A stretch of DNA of 53,448 bases from an uncultured Bacteroidia bacterium (GCA_965364615.1 CBDTYO010000001.1:1-53448); one strand, 5' to 3'; positions 19,583-29,516 are shown, numbered from the stretch's first letter. Numbers and translations: made by a program. The notes: a model not told the origin generated them from the sequence alone.

Positions 19583-20570
19583 AGAATGGTTTGTAACCCA
19601 GGATCTCGCGTACCTCGCGTACGGTCTTGGAAGCGCTTTCCCGGGCTTTCTCCGCCCCCATCTTAACCACCTTGCGCAGATAATCGGAATCAAGGTAGAT
19701 GTCATTGATTCGCTCCCGGATGGGAGAGGTAAAGGAGATGATGTCTTCGGCCAGTTGCTTTTTGAGGTCCCCGTAACGAATGCTGCAGTCGTTGTAAGAG
19801 TCTCTGAAATGCTTTACCGTATCGGGAGCGGACAGGAGTTCAAGCAGGTAAAACAGGTTGGCGACGGGTTCGCTCATGGGTGAGTTGGGCTTCTGAGGGC
19901 CGGCATCGCTTACTGCACGCATTACTTTCTTACGAATCACCTCCGGATCATCGGCCAGGTAGATTCCGTTTCCCTCGCTTTTGCCCATCTTTCCGGTACC
20001 ATCCAGTCCCGGAACCTTGATCAGTTCCTCCCCGAAGTTGTAAGGCTCGGGCAAGGTAAAATACTCCACTCCATACATGTGGTTGAAGCGCTTGGCAAAC
20101 TTCCGTGCCATTTCCAGGTTCTGCTCCTGGTCCTTTCCCACCGGCACCTTGTCAGCCTGGTGTACAATGATGTCCGCACACATGAGCACGGGATAGGTGA
20201 GCAAGCCAGCATTGACGTTTTCAGGTTGGTTGCGGACCTTTTCCTTAAATGTGGTGGTGCGTTCCAGCTCCCCCACATAGGCATTCATGTTTAGCAGGAG
20301 GTAAAGTTCCATTATTTCTGGCACATCGCTTTGGATGTACAGGGTGGCCACCTCCGGATCAAGTCCGGCAGCCAGGTATTCCGACAGGACCTTCTTGATA
20401 TTGTCATGCAGGTTTTCCGGCTTGGGATGGGTGGTCAAAGCATGGTAGTCCGCCACGAAAAAGAAACACCTGTTTTCGTGTTGCATCTTCACAAAATTTT
20501 TCACTGCTCCGAAATAATTCCCCAGGTGAAGGTTTCCGGTGGATCTGATCCCGCTCAATACTGTGTCCAT
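19581..20570 (-). CDS. trpS: tryptophan--tRNA ligase
   Basis: 329 aa. HIGH-type motif TGNLHLGNY, KMSKS-type motif GKMGKS, and overall TrpRS sequence. Confidence 0.93.
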   Translation of the reverse strand: MDTVLSGIRSTGNLHLGNYFGAVKNFVKMQHENRCFFFVADYHALTTHPKPENLHDNIKKVLSEYLAAGLDPEVATLYIQSDVPEIMELYLLLNMNAYVGELERTTTFKEKVRNQPENVNAGLLTYPVLMCADIIVHQADKVPVGKDQEQNLEMARKFAKRFNHMYGVEYFTLPEPYNFGEELIKVPGLDGTGKMGKSEGNGIYLADDPEVIRKKVMRAVSDAGPQKPNSPMSEPVANLFYLLELLSAPDTVKHFRDSYNDCSIRYGDLKKQLAEDIISFTSPIRERINDIYLDSDYLRKVVKMGAEKARESASKTVREVREILGYKPF

Positions 20571-20616
20571 CGTGCAAAACTATAAAATGTTCTTTAAAAA
20601 ACGTACTTTTGCCCCC

Positions 20617-20958
20617 ATGACCACCCCCCGTCAACAGAAAGTATCACGCCTGCTTCAGAAGGAGCTGGGAGAATATCTTCAGCGGAGCGGACCGGATATT
20701 ACCCAGGGGAAGATGATCACAGTGACCGTGGTTCGCATCAGCCCGGATCTGGGTGTGGCGAAGGTTTACCTGAGCGTCTTTCCCGGAGAAGGAGCCGAAG
20801 AAACCGTAAAGGCCATTTCTGAAAAGGCCGGATGGGTCCGAAATGCCATGGGCAACAGGCTCAAAAACCAGTTAAGGCACATTCCTCAGTTCGTTTTCTT
20901 CCTGGATGATTCACTCGACTACTATGACCGGATTGAGGACCTCCTAAATGAAGAATGA
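20617..20958 (+). CDS. rbfA: ribosome-binding factor A
   Basis: The sequence TPRQQKVSRLLQKELGEYL...ITVTVVRISPDLGVAKVYLSV...LRHIPQFVFFLDDSLDY is typical RbfA. I chose the start at ATG 20617; ATG 20587 is an alternative. Confidence 0.85.
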   Translation: MTTPRQQKVSRLLQKELGEYLQRSGPDITQGKMITVTVVRISPDLGVAKVYLSVFPGEGAEETVKAISEKAGWVRNAMGNRLKNQLRHIPQFVFFLDDSLDYYDRIEDLLNEE

Positions 20959-21767
20959 TGCAGTACGATCCCATCAAACGCAGCCTTGGCCGTATATTCA
21001 ACCAAACTCCCTTCCTCAGGAAACTTTTTTATCGCTTGTTGGATTTGCTCCTGCTGCGTTCGTGGCACATACGGCGCGAGTTGAGGGAACTGGACAAAGG
21101 TGGGTTTGATCCGGAGCATATAGCAGATGCAGGTTCGGGTTTCGGGCAATATGTCTATTACCTCTCGGGCAAATATCCGGATGCCAGGATCACAGGATTG
21201 GATATCAAACAGGAACAGGTGGACGACTGCAAGCAGTTTTTTGGTGCCATCGGCCGGGATCAAAAGGTGGATTTTCAGTACGCGGACCTGACCAGGCTGG
21301 AAAATCTTGAACAGTGGGACCTGGTGCTGTCGGTGGACGTCATGGAGCACATTGAAGACGACCGGACCGTATTTCAACGCATATACAGGGGCCTGAAACC
21401 GGGAGGGATTCTACTGATCTCCACCCCTTCGGACCAGGGAGGTTCGGATGTACACCACGAGCATGATGAATCATTCATTGACGAACATGTAAGAGATGGC
21501 TATGGGGTGGAAGAGATCGACGGAAAGCTGAGGGAGGCCGGCTTTGACGATATCCGGATCAACTATTCCTATGGGGTTCCGGGAAAGATTTCCTGGAAGC
21601 TGTCCATGAAATATCCCATTATCCTGGCCAATGTGAGCAAAGTCTTTCTGCTGCTGCTTCCCTTCTACTACCTGATCACCTATCCCTTTTGTTACTTGCT
21701 CAACCTGGCTGATGTGAGAAGGGTACATCCCTCCGGAACCGGCCTCATTGTAAAGTGTCGGAAGTGA
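20955..21767 (+). CDS. class I SAM-dependent methyltransferase with C-terminal hydrophobic segments
   Basis: 270 aa. SAM-binding motif I IADAGSGFGQY, post-I LDIKQ, and motif LVLSVDVMEHIED. The C-terminal ~50 aa are hydrophobic (VFLLLLPFYYLITYPFCYLL). An ATGA overlap links it to the rbfA stop. Confidence 0.75.
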   Translation: MMQYDPIKRSLGRIFNQTPFLRKLFYRLLDLLLLRSWHIRRELRELDKGGFDPEHIADAGSGFGQYVYYLSGKYPDARITGLDIKQEQVDDCKQFFGAIGRDQKVDFQYADLTRLENLEQWDLVLSVDVMEHIEDDRTVFQRIYRGLKPGGILLISTPSDQGGSDVHHEHDESFIDEHVRDGYGVEEIDGKLREAGFDDIRINYSYGVPGKISWKLSMKYPIILANVSKVFLLLLPFYYLITYPFCYLLNLADVRRVHPSGTGLIVKCRK

Positions 21768-23005
21768 ATCTCTCGTTCTATATAGCGCGCAGGTATCTCC
21801 TGGGAAAAAAATCCCAGAATGCCATCAACATCATCTCCGGGATTTCCATATTGGGGATCACCACGGGCACCATGGCCCTGGTCATAGTATTGTCGGTGTT
21901 CAATGGCTTCGATGCGGTGGTAAAATCGCTGTTTAATGCCTTTGACCCGGAGATCAGGATCTCTGCCACCGAGGGGAAAACCTTTGTGCCCGACCCGGCT
22001 GTCACCAAGTCCCTCCTGGAGCTTCCGGGCGTGGCAGCCCTGTCTGAAGTGCTTGAAGAAAATGTATTGTTGCTTTATGGAGACAGGCAGCACATCGCCA
22101 CCATCAAGGGAGTGGATGAGTCATTCCAGGAAGTCAGCGGACTCGATTCCATGGTGTATGACGGTACCATGCAGTTGAAAGACCAGAATCGGGCCTATGC
22201 GGTGGTGGGGCAGGGAGTGGGCTATAAACTGGGCATCGGACTCAGTTTCATCGATCCCCTCTGGGTCTACACCATCGATCGGAAAGCCAAAATCAACATG
22301 TCCAATCCGGAAGAGTCGATCCGACGGGATTTCCTGTATCCATCGGGCATTTTTTCCATTGAACAGGAGATTGACTCCAGGTACCTTATCACTGATATAG
22401 CCTTTGTCAGGGACCTTCTTTCCTATGATCGGGAGGTCTCTTCCATTGAGCTAAGACTCGATTCCCGTTTTCCAGCCGATGAAGTACAGCAAGAGATCGT
22501 TGATTTGCTGGGAGAAGGAATGAAGGTGCAGAACAGGCAACAGCAAAATGAGCTCTTTTACAAGGTCATGAGATCGGAAAAGTGGGCCATTTTCCTGATC
22601 CTGACCTTTATTCTCATCATTGCCTCCTTCAACATCATCGGTTCCCTTTCCATGCTGATCATCGAAAAGAAAAAGGATATACTTACCCTGCGCAACATGG
22701 GAGCAGGCAAATCCCTGATCAAGAAGATCTTTCTGGTGGAAGGCTGGTTGATCTCTGTCATTGGCAGCCTTTCCGGTTTGATCCTGGGCACCACCATCAG
22801 CTGGCTTCAGCAACGTTTTGGGCTGATCAAACTCACGGGTAGTGGATCTTTCATCATCGATGCCTATCCTGTTCATATTGAAGTAATTGATATACTGTTG
22901 ATATGGATCACCGTGCTCCTGATCGGATTGCTTGCCGCCAGGTACCCTGTCAGGCAAATCTCCAGGAAGTATCTCTCAGCCATTGAGAAAGAGGGCATTG
23001 TTTAA
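21755..23005 (+). CDS. FtsX/LolE-family ABC transporter permease
   Basis: 416 aa. N-terminal NLSFYIARRYL, an MacB-like periplasmic domain, and a C-terminal FtsX 3-TM bundle. The start is probably GTG 21764 (GTGA overlap with the methyltransferase stop) or GTG 21755. Confidence 0.8.
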   Translation: MSEVNLSFYIARRYLLGKKSQNAINIISGISILGITTGTMALVIVLSVFNGFDAVVKSLFNAFDPEIRISATEGKTFVPDPAVTKSLLELPGVAALSEVLEENVLLLYGDRQHIATIKGVDESFQEVSGLDSMVYDGTMQLKDQNRAYAVVGQGVGYKLGIGLSFIDPLWVYTIDRKAKINMSNPEESIRRDFLYPSGIFSIEQEIDSRYLITDIAFVRDLLSYDREVSSIELRLDSRFPADEVQQEIVDLLGEGMKVQNRQQQNELFYKVMRSEKWAIFLILTFILIIASFNIIGSLSMLIIEKKKDILTLRNMGAGKSLIKKIFLVEGWLISVIGSLSGLILGTTISWLQQRFGLIKLTGSGSFIIDAYPVHIEVIDILLIWITVLLIGLLAARYPVRQISRKYLSAIEKEGIV

Positions 23006-23132
23006 AACTTTGCATCCCCCATTGCCCCAGAACCCCTATTTTTATGACAATCTGAGCAATCTGTACCAGGTCAATTGCAACCAAATACAAGAATATGCTG
23101 TATTACCGGTACCGGTACGAATTAGAGTCTCT

Positions 23133-26100
23133 ATGAAAATATACAGGTATTGCATAGTTGCCATCCTCTTATTTGCCCTGTCTGCAGCAAACCTGTCTGC
23201 ACAGGTCATCACCATCACCGATGTGAGCTCCACCCCAACCACCTGTTCTGACGGCACTGATGGAACCATAAGCTTTACCTTCACCGGGGGAGTAGGTCCC
23301 TACGAATGGTACATCTATGAAGGGGGAGGGAGTCCTGTGGATTTTGGAGGCCCCACCACGGATACCATGATCACCAGTTTTGGCCGAAGGAAATTTGCCT
23401 CCCATGTGATCGTGATCGAGGACCTCAATGAAGACGTGGGCACCACGGTCATTGCGGTAAATGGGCCAAACGCCATAAGCATCAGTACTTTCGGTTCCAC
23501 CGATATCACCTGCAACAACGCCAGCGACGGAACCATTTCTGTTACCGCCACCGGCGAAAGCGGGAGCTATTTTTTCGACCTGGCCGGACCCGTCATACTG
23601 ACCAATACTTCCGGGAATTTTACAGGGCTTCCCCAGGGCGATTACACGGTGACGGTGCGTGACCAGGGTACCTGTACCACCACGGATGTGACCCCTACCA
23701 TGACCATCAACAACCCCACCCTCGTCTCCGCGGTGTTGGACAATATCACCGATGTCACATGCTTTGGTGAAGCCACAGGCTCTATTTCCATTACTCCCGC
23801 GGGGGGCACACCTTCAGGCTCGGGCACAGGGTATACCTATGCATGGACCGGACCTTCCGGCTATTCCTCCACTGCAGAGGACATAGTCAATGTGGCAGCC
23901 GGCAACTATTTCGTGGCCATTACAGACGGCAACGGGTGTACCTCCAATCTGGGCCCCTATACAGTAGCTCAGCCCACCCAGATCATTGCAACGCTTGATG
24001 CCACCACGGATGTGCTTTGCAACCTGGGCAACGATGGTACGGCCAGCATCACGGTAAGCGGGGGAGCAGGAGGATATCTTTTTTCCTGGGTAGGACAGGT
24101 CAACGGACTGGTCTCCAACGACGAAGATCCTGTGAACCTGGTGGCTGACACCTATGACCTGGTCATTGAAGATGGTGACGGTTGCACCAGGGTCTTTTCC
24201 TCCTTTGCCATCATCAACGAACCATTGCCTTTAAACATCAACCTGGATGCAGTGAACGATGTAAGCTGCAACGGAGGCAGCGACGGCTCGGCCCTCATTA
24301 CTCCCAGCGGAGGGACTCCCCCCTACAGCTTCAATTGGACCGGGGCTTCCTTCGGCTACAGTTCCACCCAGGAGGATCCCACGGGCATGCCTGCCGACAA
24401 TTATTCAGTCACCATTACCGATGCCAACGGTTGTTTCCGGGTGTATACCAACCTGTTTTCCATCGGGGAACCCAACGCACTGACGTTGACCCTGGATGGA
24501 TTCACCGATGTGGGGTGTTTCGGAGGCAACGATGGCACAGCCGACATAACAGTGACCGGGGGCTCCCCTCCCTATGTCTTTTCATGGGTAGGCGCCATCA
24601 ATGGACCTGCCTCCAGCGTGGAGGACCCCACCGACCTGAGGGCCGACACCTATTCACTGTTCATCCTGGATAATAATGGCTGCTTCATTTCTTCCTTTAA
24701 CTTTCTCACCATCGACCAACCCCCGGGAATAGGGGTAAGCGTCGATTTGGTCACCCATGTGGATTGTAATGGGGATGCTACCGGTGCCATCGAAATCACC
24801 CCGGCAGGGGGAACGCCGGCCTATAACTTTCTCTGGGAAGGACCCAATGGTTATACTTCTACCGATGAAGATCCTGCCGGACTGGCCGCAGGAGATTACA
24901 GTCTGACCATATCCGATAACAATGGCTGCATCGGCGATTACAACAACCTGGTCACCATCCTGGAAAATCCGCCCCTTACCGCCACCTTTGCCATCACTGA
25001 CCTGAATTGCGGAGATCCCCTCCCAAGCAACGATGGAGCCATTGATGCAAGCGTTTCAGGGGGTATTCCCGGATATACATATGCATGGACAGGACCTTTG
25101 GGATTTACCTCCAACAGCGAGGACATCACGGCTTTGCTGCCCGGTTCCTATATTCTCGAGGTCACAGACAACCTTGGATGTGTAATGGCCTTCCCGGCAC
25201 AAACTGTAGGGGCTCCTCCCTTACTGGATGCCAGCACCACCCAGGTGGATATCGACTGCTATGGGGCAGGCAACGGATCCATCGATCTTACCGTCACCGG
25301 CGGTACAGCCCCCTACACCTTTGCCTGGAGCGGTCCTTCCGGATATACGGCCACTACCGAAGACATCTCCAATCTGGAGGCAGGGGCCTACAGTGTAACG
25401 GTGACCGACAGCCGCACTTGTCCCGTTCCCTTTGCAGATATCGCCACGATCACTGAGGAGGCAGAAATCCTGGTCAGCGCAGTAAAAACGGATGTAAGCT
25501 GCGCGGGTGACTCCACGGGTACCATCGATATCACAGTCACGGGCGGAGTGGCTCCCTATGCCTTTGCCTGGACAGGGCCTTCCGGTTTTACTGCCAGCAC
25601 CGAAGATCTCAGCGATCTGCCTGCAGGGGTTTACAACCTCGACATCACCGATGCCAACGGATGTGTGGTCAGCTTCCCGGCTCTGGAGACCATCGCAGAG
25701 CCTCCTGCCATCACCGTGAGCTATACCCAGGTGGATGTAAGCAGTTGCTTCGGCGCCCCGGAGGGAAGCATCGCAGCCACAGGAGCCGGTGGTACCGGTA
25801 CCATCCTCTATTCACTGGATGGATCGGCTCCGGATGTTTCCGGGAATTTCACAAATCTGACCGGCGGCACCTACCTGCTTACCCTCACAGACCAGAATCT
25901 CTGTACTCTGGACACCCTGGTGGAGATCCTTTCACCTCCCGAGCTCTTGATCGATAACATTGCCGTTGGTGATGTGAGCGGATGTGCGGGCGATTCCAAT
26001 GGCAGCCTGGTTGTTTCCGCCTCCGGGGGAACAGGCATCCTGGAATACTCCCTCGATGATGTCACTTACCAGGCCTCTTCTACCTTTAGCGGCCTGCTGG

Positions 26101-27620
26101 CTGGAGATTATACTATATATGTAAGGGATGCCAACGGATGTTCGGTAAGCGCCCAGGATACGGTCAGCGAGCCTGCTCCGCTCTCGGCGCAGGTGCTGAA
26201 AACCAATGTGACTTTCGGAGCCCTGGGCACCATCACCATTTCAGGCAGCACAGGGGGAGTCCCACCCTACGGGTATTCCATCACGGGACCCGGAGGCACA
26301 TTTACTTCCGATACGGCATACACCGGTCTCACACCAGCCACCTATCGCGTGGTACTCAGAGACCAGAACAGCTGCACCTTGGAGGAAACTGTCGAGGTCC
26401 TTGACATCCAATCCATGCAGATGGTGACCAATGTAAGTCATGTCCGATGCTTCGGGGATGATGACGGTTCCATCCTCTTCCTTCCTCAGGATGCACTGGG
26501 GCCGGTCCAGTATTCCATAGACAGCGGAGCCAATTTCGTATCCACCCCGCTCTTTGAGAACCTGCCCGGCGACAGCACCTACATGATGGTGGCCGTGGAT
26601 TCGGCCGGGAAAGTATTCACCGGGCCTGTGACCATCACCCAGCCCCCGGCCCTGACCTTCTCCCACACGGTGACCCCTGCGGAATGTAATGCATTCAGCC
26701 CCACTGGCTCCGTGGATATCACTGTGGCAGGAGGGACCGGCAGCTACAGCTACCTTTGGTCGGATGGCAGTACGGACGGGGACAGGACATCCATGCTGGC
26801 AGGAACCTACAATCTGGATATCGCGGATGGAAACAATTGCAGACTGGATGAATTGATCATCATAAGCAGCGACGTGGTGGTCAATGTATATGCCGGTGAG
26901 GATACCTCTGTGTGTTACGGGGAAACCATACAGTTATCAGGGGCCGGGGATTACGACCCGCTCTGGGAACCTTCCGCCTACCTGGACCGGAACGATATTC
27001 TGGATCCGTACACCGTGCCCGTCACAGATACGCTGAGTTTTACCCTGACCATCACCGAGACCGTCAGTCCCTATGGGTGTTACAACACCGACACAGTGAT
27101 CGTAAGTCCCTACCCGGAGGTGGGAATTGCCGTCACACCGGATACCTTAATACTTGCAGGAAGCTCAGCACAGCTGGAAGTTACAGGAGGCCCCTTCTCC
27201 GCATACAGCTGGGCGCCTGGAACCGGACTCAGTAACAGCACCATTGCCAATCCCGTCGCCTCCCCTGCTGAAGCTACCAGGTATTACGTGTTTGCCACCA
27301 ATGAATACGGATGTGAGGAAGTGGATTCGGTATTTATTGATGTGATTGAGGATCTCACGGTATTTAATGTCTTCTCACCCAACGGGGACGGCATCAACGA
27401 ATATTTTGAAATTGAGCATGCAGAACGCTTCCCGGAAATGCTTGTGGAAGTCTACAGCCGATGGGGCGACCTGTTCTTTTCCACGGTGGGATACGACAGC
27501 GGAAGCCGCTGGGACGGAACAGCCAGGGGCAAGGAAGCACCTGTGGGTACCTATTACTATGTCATTATCCCCTACCCTGGAGCCAAAGCCATCACAGGGC
27601 ATGTAACCATAATCAGATAG
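23133..27620 (+). CDS. SprB-repeat cell-surface adhesin with T9SS type-B C-terminal sorting domain
   Basis: I chose the start at MKIYRYCIVAILLFALSAANLSAQ (signal peptide), Met 68 of the 22932 ORF. It contains about 15 tandem ~75-80-aa repeats of the type DVxCxGxxxGxIxITxxGGxxPYxFxWxGPxGYxSxxEDxxxLxAGxYxxxIxDxNGC. The C-terminus is FNVFSPNGDGINEYFEI...GTYYYVI. Stop is TAG at 27618-27620. Confidence 0.88.
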   Translation: MKIYRYCIVAILLFALSAANLSAQVITITDVSSTPTTCSDGTDGTISFTFTGGVGPYEWYIYEGGGSPVDFGGPTTDTMITSFGRRKFASHVIVIEDLNEDVGTTVIAVNGPNAISISTFGSTDITCNNASDGTISVTATGESGSYFFDLAGPVILTNTSGNFTGLPQGDYTVTVRDQGTCTTTDVTPTMTINNPTLVSAVLDNITDVTCFGEATGSISITPAGGTPSGSGTGYTYAWTGPSGYSSTAEDIVNVAAGNYFVAITDGNGCTSNLGPYTVAQPTQIIATLDATTDVLCNLGNDGTASITVSGGAGGYLFSWVGQVNGLVSNDEDPVNLVADTYDLVIEDGDGCTRVFSSFAIINEPLPLNINLDAVNDVSCNGGSDGSALITPSGGTPPYSFNWTGASFGYSSTQEDPTGMPADNYSVTITDANGCFRVYTNLFSIGEPNALTLTLDGFTDVGCFGGNDGTADITVTGGSPPYVFSWVGAINGPASSVEDPTDLRADTYSLFILDNNGCFISSFNFLTIDQPPGIGVSVDLVTHVDCNGDATGAIEITPAGGTPAYNFLWEGPNGYTSTDEDPAGLAAGDYSLTISDNNGCIGDYNNLVTILENPPLTATFAITDLNCGDPLPSNDGAIDASVSGGIPGYTYAWTGPLGFTSNSEDITALLPGSYILEVTDNLGCVMAFPAQTVGAPPLLDASTTQVDIDCYGAGNGSIDLTVTGGTAPYTFAWSGPSGYTATTEDISNLEAGAYSVTVTDSRTCPVPFADIATITEEAEILVSAVKTDVSCAGDSTGTIDITVTGGVAPYAFAWTGPSGFTASTEDLSDLPAGVYNLDITDANGCVVSFPALETIAEPPAITVSYTQVDVSSCFGAPEGSIAATGAGGTGTILYSLDGSAPDVSGNFTNLTGGTYLLTLTDQNLCTLDTLVEILSPPELLIDNIAVGDVSGCAGDSNGSLVVSASGGTGILEYSLDDVTYQASSTFSGLLAGDYTIYVRDANGCSVSAQDTVSEPAPLSAQVLKTNVTFGALGTITISGSTGGVPPYGYSITGPGGTFTSDTAYTGLTPATYRVVLRDQNSCTLEETVEVLDIQSMQMVTNVSHVRCFGDDDGSILFLPQDALGPVQYSIDSGANFVSTPLFENLPGDSTYMMVAVDSAGKVFTGPVTITQPPALTFSHTVTPAECNAFSPTGSVDITVAGGTGSYSYLWSDGSTDGDRTSMLAGTYNLDIADGNNCRLDELIIISSDVVVNVYAGEDTSVCYGETIQLSGAGDYDPLWEPSAYLDRNDILDPYTVPVTDTLSFTLTITETVSPYGCYNTDTVIVSPYPEVGIAVTPDTLILAGSSAQLEVTGGPFSAYSWAPGTGLSNSTIANPVASPAEATRYYVFATNEYGCEEVDSVFIDVIEDLTVFNVFSPNGDGINEYFEIEHAERFPEMLVEVYSRWGDLFFSTVGYDSGSRWDGTARGKEAPVGTYYYVIIPYPGAKAITGHVTIIR
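23205..26840 (+). repeat. array of ~15 protein-level SprB-type repeats inside the adhesin gene
   Basis: The Cys...GG..PY..W.G...ED....G.Y...I.D.NGC periodicity is visible in the translation. The copies are diverged at the DNA level. Confidence 0.8.
27351..27617 (+). other. T9SS type-B (gliding motility-associated) C-terminal sorting domain
   Basis: The last 89 aa read DLTVFNVFSPNGDGINEYFEIEHAERFPEMLVEVYSRWGDLFFS...RWDGTARGKEAPVGTYYYVIIPYPGAKAITGHVTIIR. Confidence 0.85.
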
Positions 27621-27621
27621 C

Positions 27622-28518
27622 ATGAGAAGGATTAGATATATCGTTTTGTTCGCTATCATCGCTGCTTCAGCCGGGCTTAAGGCCCAGCAGTTGCCTCACT
27701 ATACCCAGTACATGTTCAATGATTTTGTGATCAATCCCGCCATTGCCGGTGTTCACAATTTCTACCAGATCCGGACCAACCACAGGTTTCAGTGGGTGGG
27801 CCTCACCGACCCTCCCATGACCAATTCCATTGCTTTCTATGGTCCCCACGAAAGGCTGGATATGGGATATGGGGGATATATATACAGCGACGTGACCGGT
27901 CCCACCAGCAGGGCCGGGATCACCGGATCTTATGCATACAACATTGCGGTTTCCGGGGATATGCGCCTTTCCATGGGGCTCTCCTTCGGCATCATGCAGT
28001 ACCGGATTGATGGCACACAGTTAAATCCTGCAGATATATCCGATCCCAGCATACTGAACCTGGTGAGCACCTCCTACCTGCCCGATGCCGGTCTGGGACT
28101 ATACCTCTACGACGAAGACTTCTATGTGGGACTGTCCGCAGCACAATTGCTCAACAACTCTGTAAAGATCTTTGACAATAAGAGCGGACTGAACCGCCTG
28201 AAGACCCATATCAACCTCATTGGAGCCTATCGCTTTCATTTGGATGAAGACTGGCTGATAGAACCCTCCCTGATGATCAAGGGAACGGCCCCCAAGGAGC
28301 TGGGTTTTGATATTACGGCCAGAACAGAGTGGAAAAAAATGTTGTGGGCAGCAGTATCCTACCGCTACCATGAAGCCGTAGGGATCATGCTGGGATACAG
28401 TTTTGAAGAGATGCTCTTCTTCGGTTATGCCTACGACATCGGAATTTCGACACTGAGGAAGTACAACACAGGGTCCCATGAGATCATGATCGGTTATCGT
28501 TTCAATGCCATTAAATAA
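27622..28518 (+). CDS. sprF: PorP/SprF-family T9SS membrane protein (cognate partner of the upstream type-B CTD adhesin)
   Basis: 298 aa. Signal peptide ...GLKAQQLPHYTQYMFNDFVINPAIAG. C-terminal YNTGSHEIMIGYRF. It starts 2 nt after the adhesin stop. Confidence 0.88.
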   Translation: MRRIRYIVLFAIIAASAGLKAQQLPHYTQYMFNDFVINPAIAGVHNFYQIRTNHRFQWVGLTDPPMTNSIAFYGPHERLDMGYGGYIYSDVTGPTSRAGITGSYAYNIAVSGDMRLSMGLSFGIMQYRIDGTQLNPADISDPSILNLVSTSYLPDAGLGLYLYDEDFYVGLSAAQLLNNSVKIFDNKSGLNRLKTHINLIGAYRFHLDEDWLIEPSLMIKGTAPKELGFDITARTEWKKMLWAAVSYRYHEAVGIMLGYSFEEMLFFGYAYDIGISTLRKYNTGSHEIMIGYRFNAIK

Positions 28519-28895
28519 TGATCCGCCATTTCCGCATACCGGTATTGCTGCTGATGGTTTTGTTGATGATTGGCTCCGCCTGCAAGAAGCAAAAAAGCAT
28601 CACCGGCAAGGCATTTGTGGAACGTGAGGTCCTGGTCGATGTACTGGTGGATATCCATCTGGCAGATGGAGTCAGCAATGACCGCAAATTCAACCGCAAA
28701 TATGATGCTGACAGCATCGACATGCTTTCCCCCATCTTTGAAAAGCATCACATCACCAAGGAGATGTTTGATACCACCATCCGTGTATATAGCCAGTACC
28801 CCGAACTTTTTGATGAGGTTTACAATGAGGTGCTTATCAAATTGAACGTGATGCTGGACGAGAACGATCTAAAGGATCCCCCCGATGGGGAATAG
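28518..28895 (+). CDS. DUF4296-like small lipoprotein
   Basis: 125 aa. Lipoprotein signal LLLMVLLMIGSAC. Motif VLVDVLVDIHLADG. A TAATG overlap links it to the sprF-like stop. Confidence 0.65.
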   Translation: MIRHFRIPVLLLMVLLMIGSACKKQKSITGKAFVEREVLVDVLVDIHLADGVSNDRKFNRKYDADSIDMLSPIFEKHHITKEMFDTTIRVYSQYPELFDEVYNEVLIKLNVMLDENDLKDPPDGE

Positions 28896-28901
28896 CCAGG
28901 C

Positions 28902-29513
28902 TCAATAAATGAGAATGGTTGCCAGGACCACGCAAAATCCAAGCAGATAGCCTGACAAAACATCCCACCACCTGTGTGTTTCCAGGGCAAGCCTGGAACT
29001 TCCCGTCAGGCCGGCTGCAAGCAACGAAAGGAGAAGGACAGCCAGCAAAGGCGTTTCAAACAAGAAGATCAGGGCAATGATCAGTCCGGTGATTCCCCCC
29101 AGGGCGGCAGAATGAATACACAGGTGGAAACGGAGGTTCAGCAGGATCACCAGAAAGAGCAATACAGCTGCAGATAATACGTAGGCATGTATCACCCTGT
29201 TCAGCGGAAGCCTTTGAAAATATACAAAGGTGATAATGTACAGCACCAGGATGATGATCTGGGGGATAAGCCGTTCTTCCCTGCTGGCGTCCTTGTAGGA
29301 AGTGACAAGGCTTCTGTAGTAAAGTATGGGGAGCATCATCAGCGGAAACACAAGGGTTCCCAGTGCCATGACAAAGAGGACGGCACGTTTGGCAGCAGGA
29401 TCATACAGACTCAGGTAAGTGCCCGAATTCAGGATGATGAGCAATCCCAGGGAGGGCATGATCAGGGGATGGAACAGGTAGCTGATAACAGGGGCAAGCT
29501 TTTTCATATGCAC
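28902..29513 (-). CDS. PAP2-superfamily-like integral membrane protein
   Basis: 203 aa with about 6 TM helices. The C-terminal motif SRLALETHRWWDV fits PAP2 motif 3 (SRx5Hx3D), and KDASREER fits Kx6R. The central PSGH motif is not clear. Confidence 0.5.
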   Translation of the reverse strand: MHMKKLAPVISYLFHPLIMPSLGLLIILNSGTYLSLYDPAAKRAVLFVMALGTLVFPLMMLPILYYRSLVTSYKDASREERLIPQIIILVLYIITFVYFQRLPLNRVIHAYVLSAAVLLFLVILLNLRFHLCIHSAALGGITGLIIALIFLFETPLLAVLLLSLLAAGLTGSSRLALETHRWWDVLSGYLLGFCVVLATILIY

Positions 29514-29516
29514 CTG

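Noticed and set aside
19508-19666. A 52-aa ORF starting at the predicted sigma-54 transcription start
   Set aside because: It would be leaderless, runs through the terminator hairpin and antisense into trpS, and its product is Pro/Gly/Arg/Ser-rich. A non-coding RNA, or nothing at all, is more plausible.
23104-23118. The direct repeat taccggtaccggtac upstream of the adhesin gene, considered as an invertase or phase-variation site
   Set aside because: I could find no matching inverted copy flanking a promoter-sized segment nearby, and the window has no recombinase gene. It is probably incidental.
22932-23132. A 67-codon N-terminal extension of the adhesin ORF that overlaps the permease gene
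   Set aside because: The extension has no signal peptide. The internal Met at 23133 is followed by a canonical signal peptide, as required for T9SS cargo, and the extension overlaps the end of the FtsX-like gene.
24182-26404. Several 60-160-aa ORFs in alternative frames within the adhesin gene (for example 24182-24673, 25085-25456, 25661-25957, 26138-26404)
   Set aside because: These are off-frame translations of a repetitive Gly/Thr/Asp-rich gene, and their Arg/His/Gly/Pro-rich products have no features.
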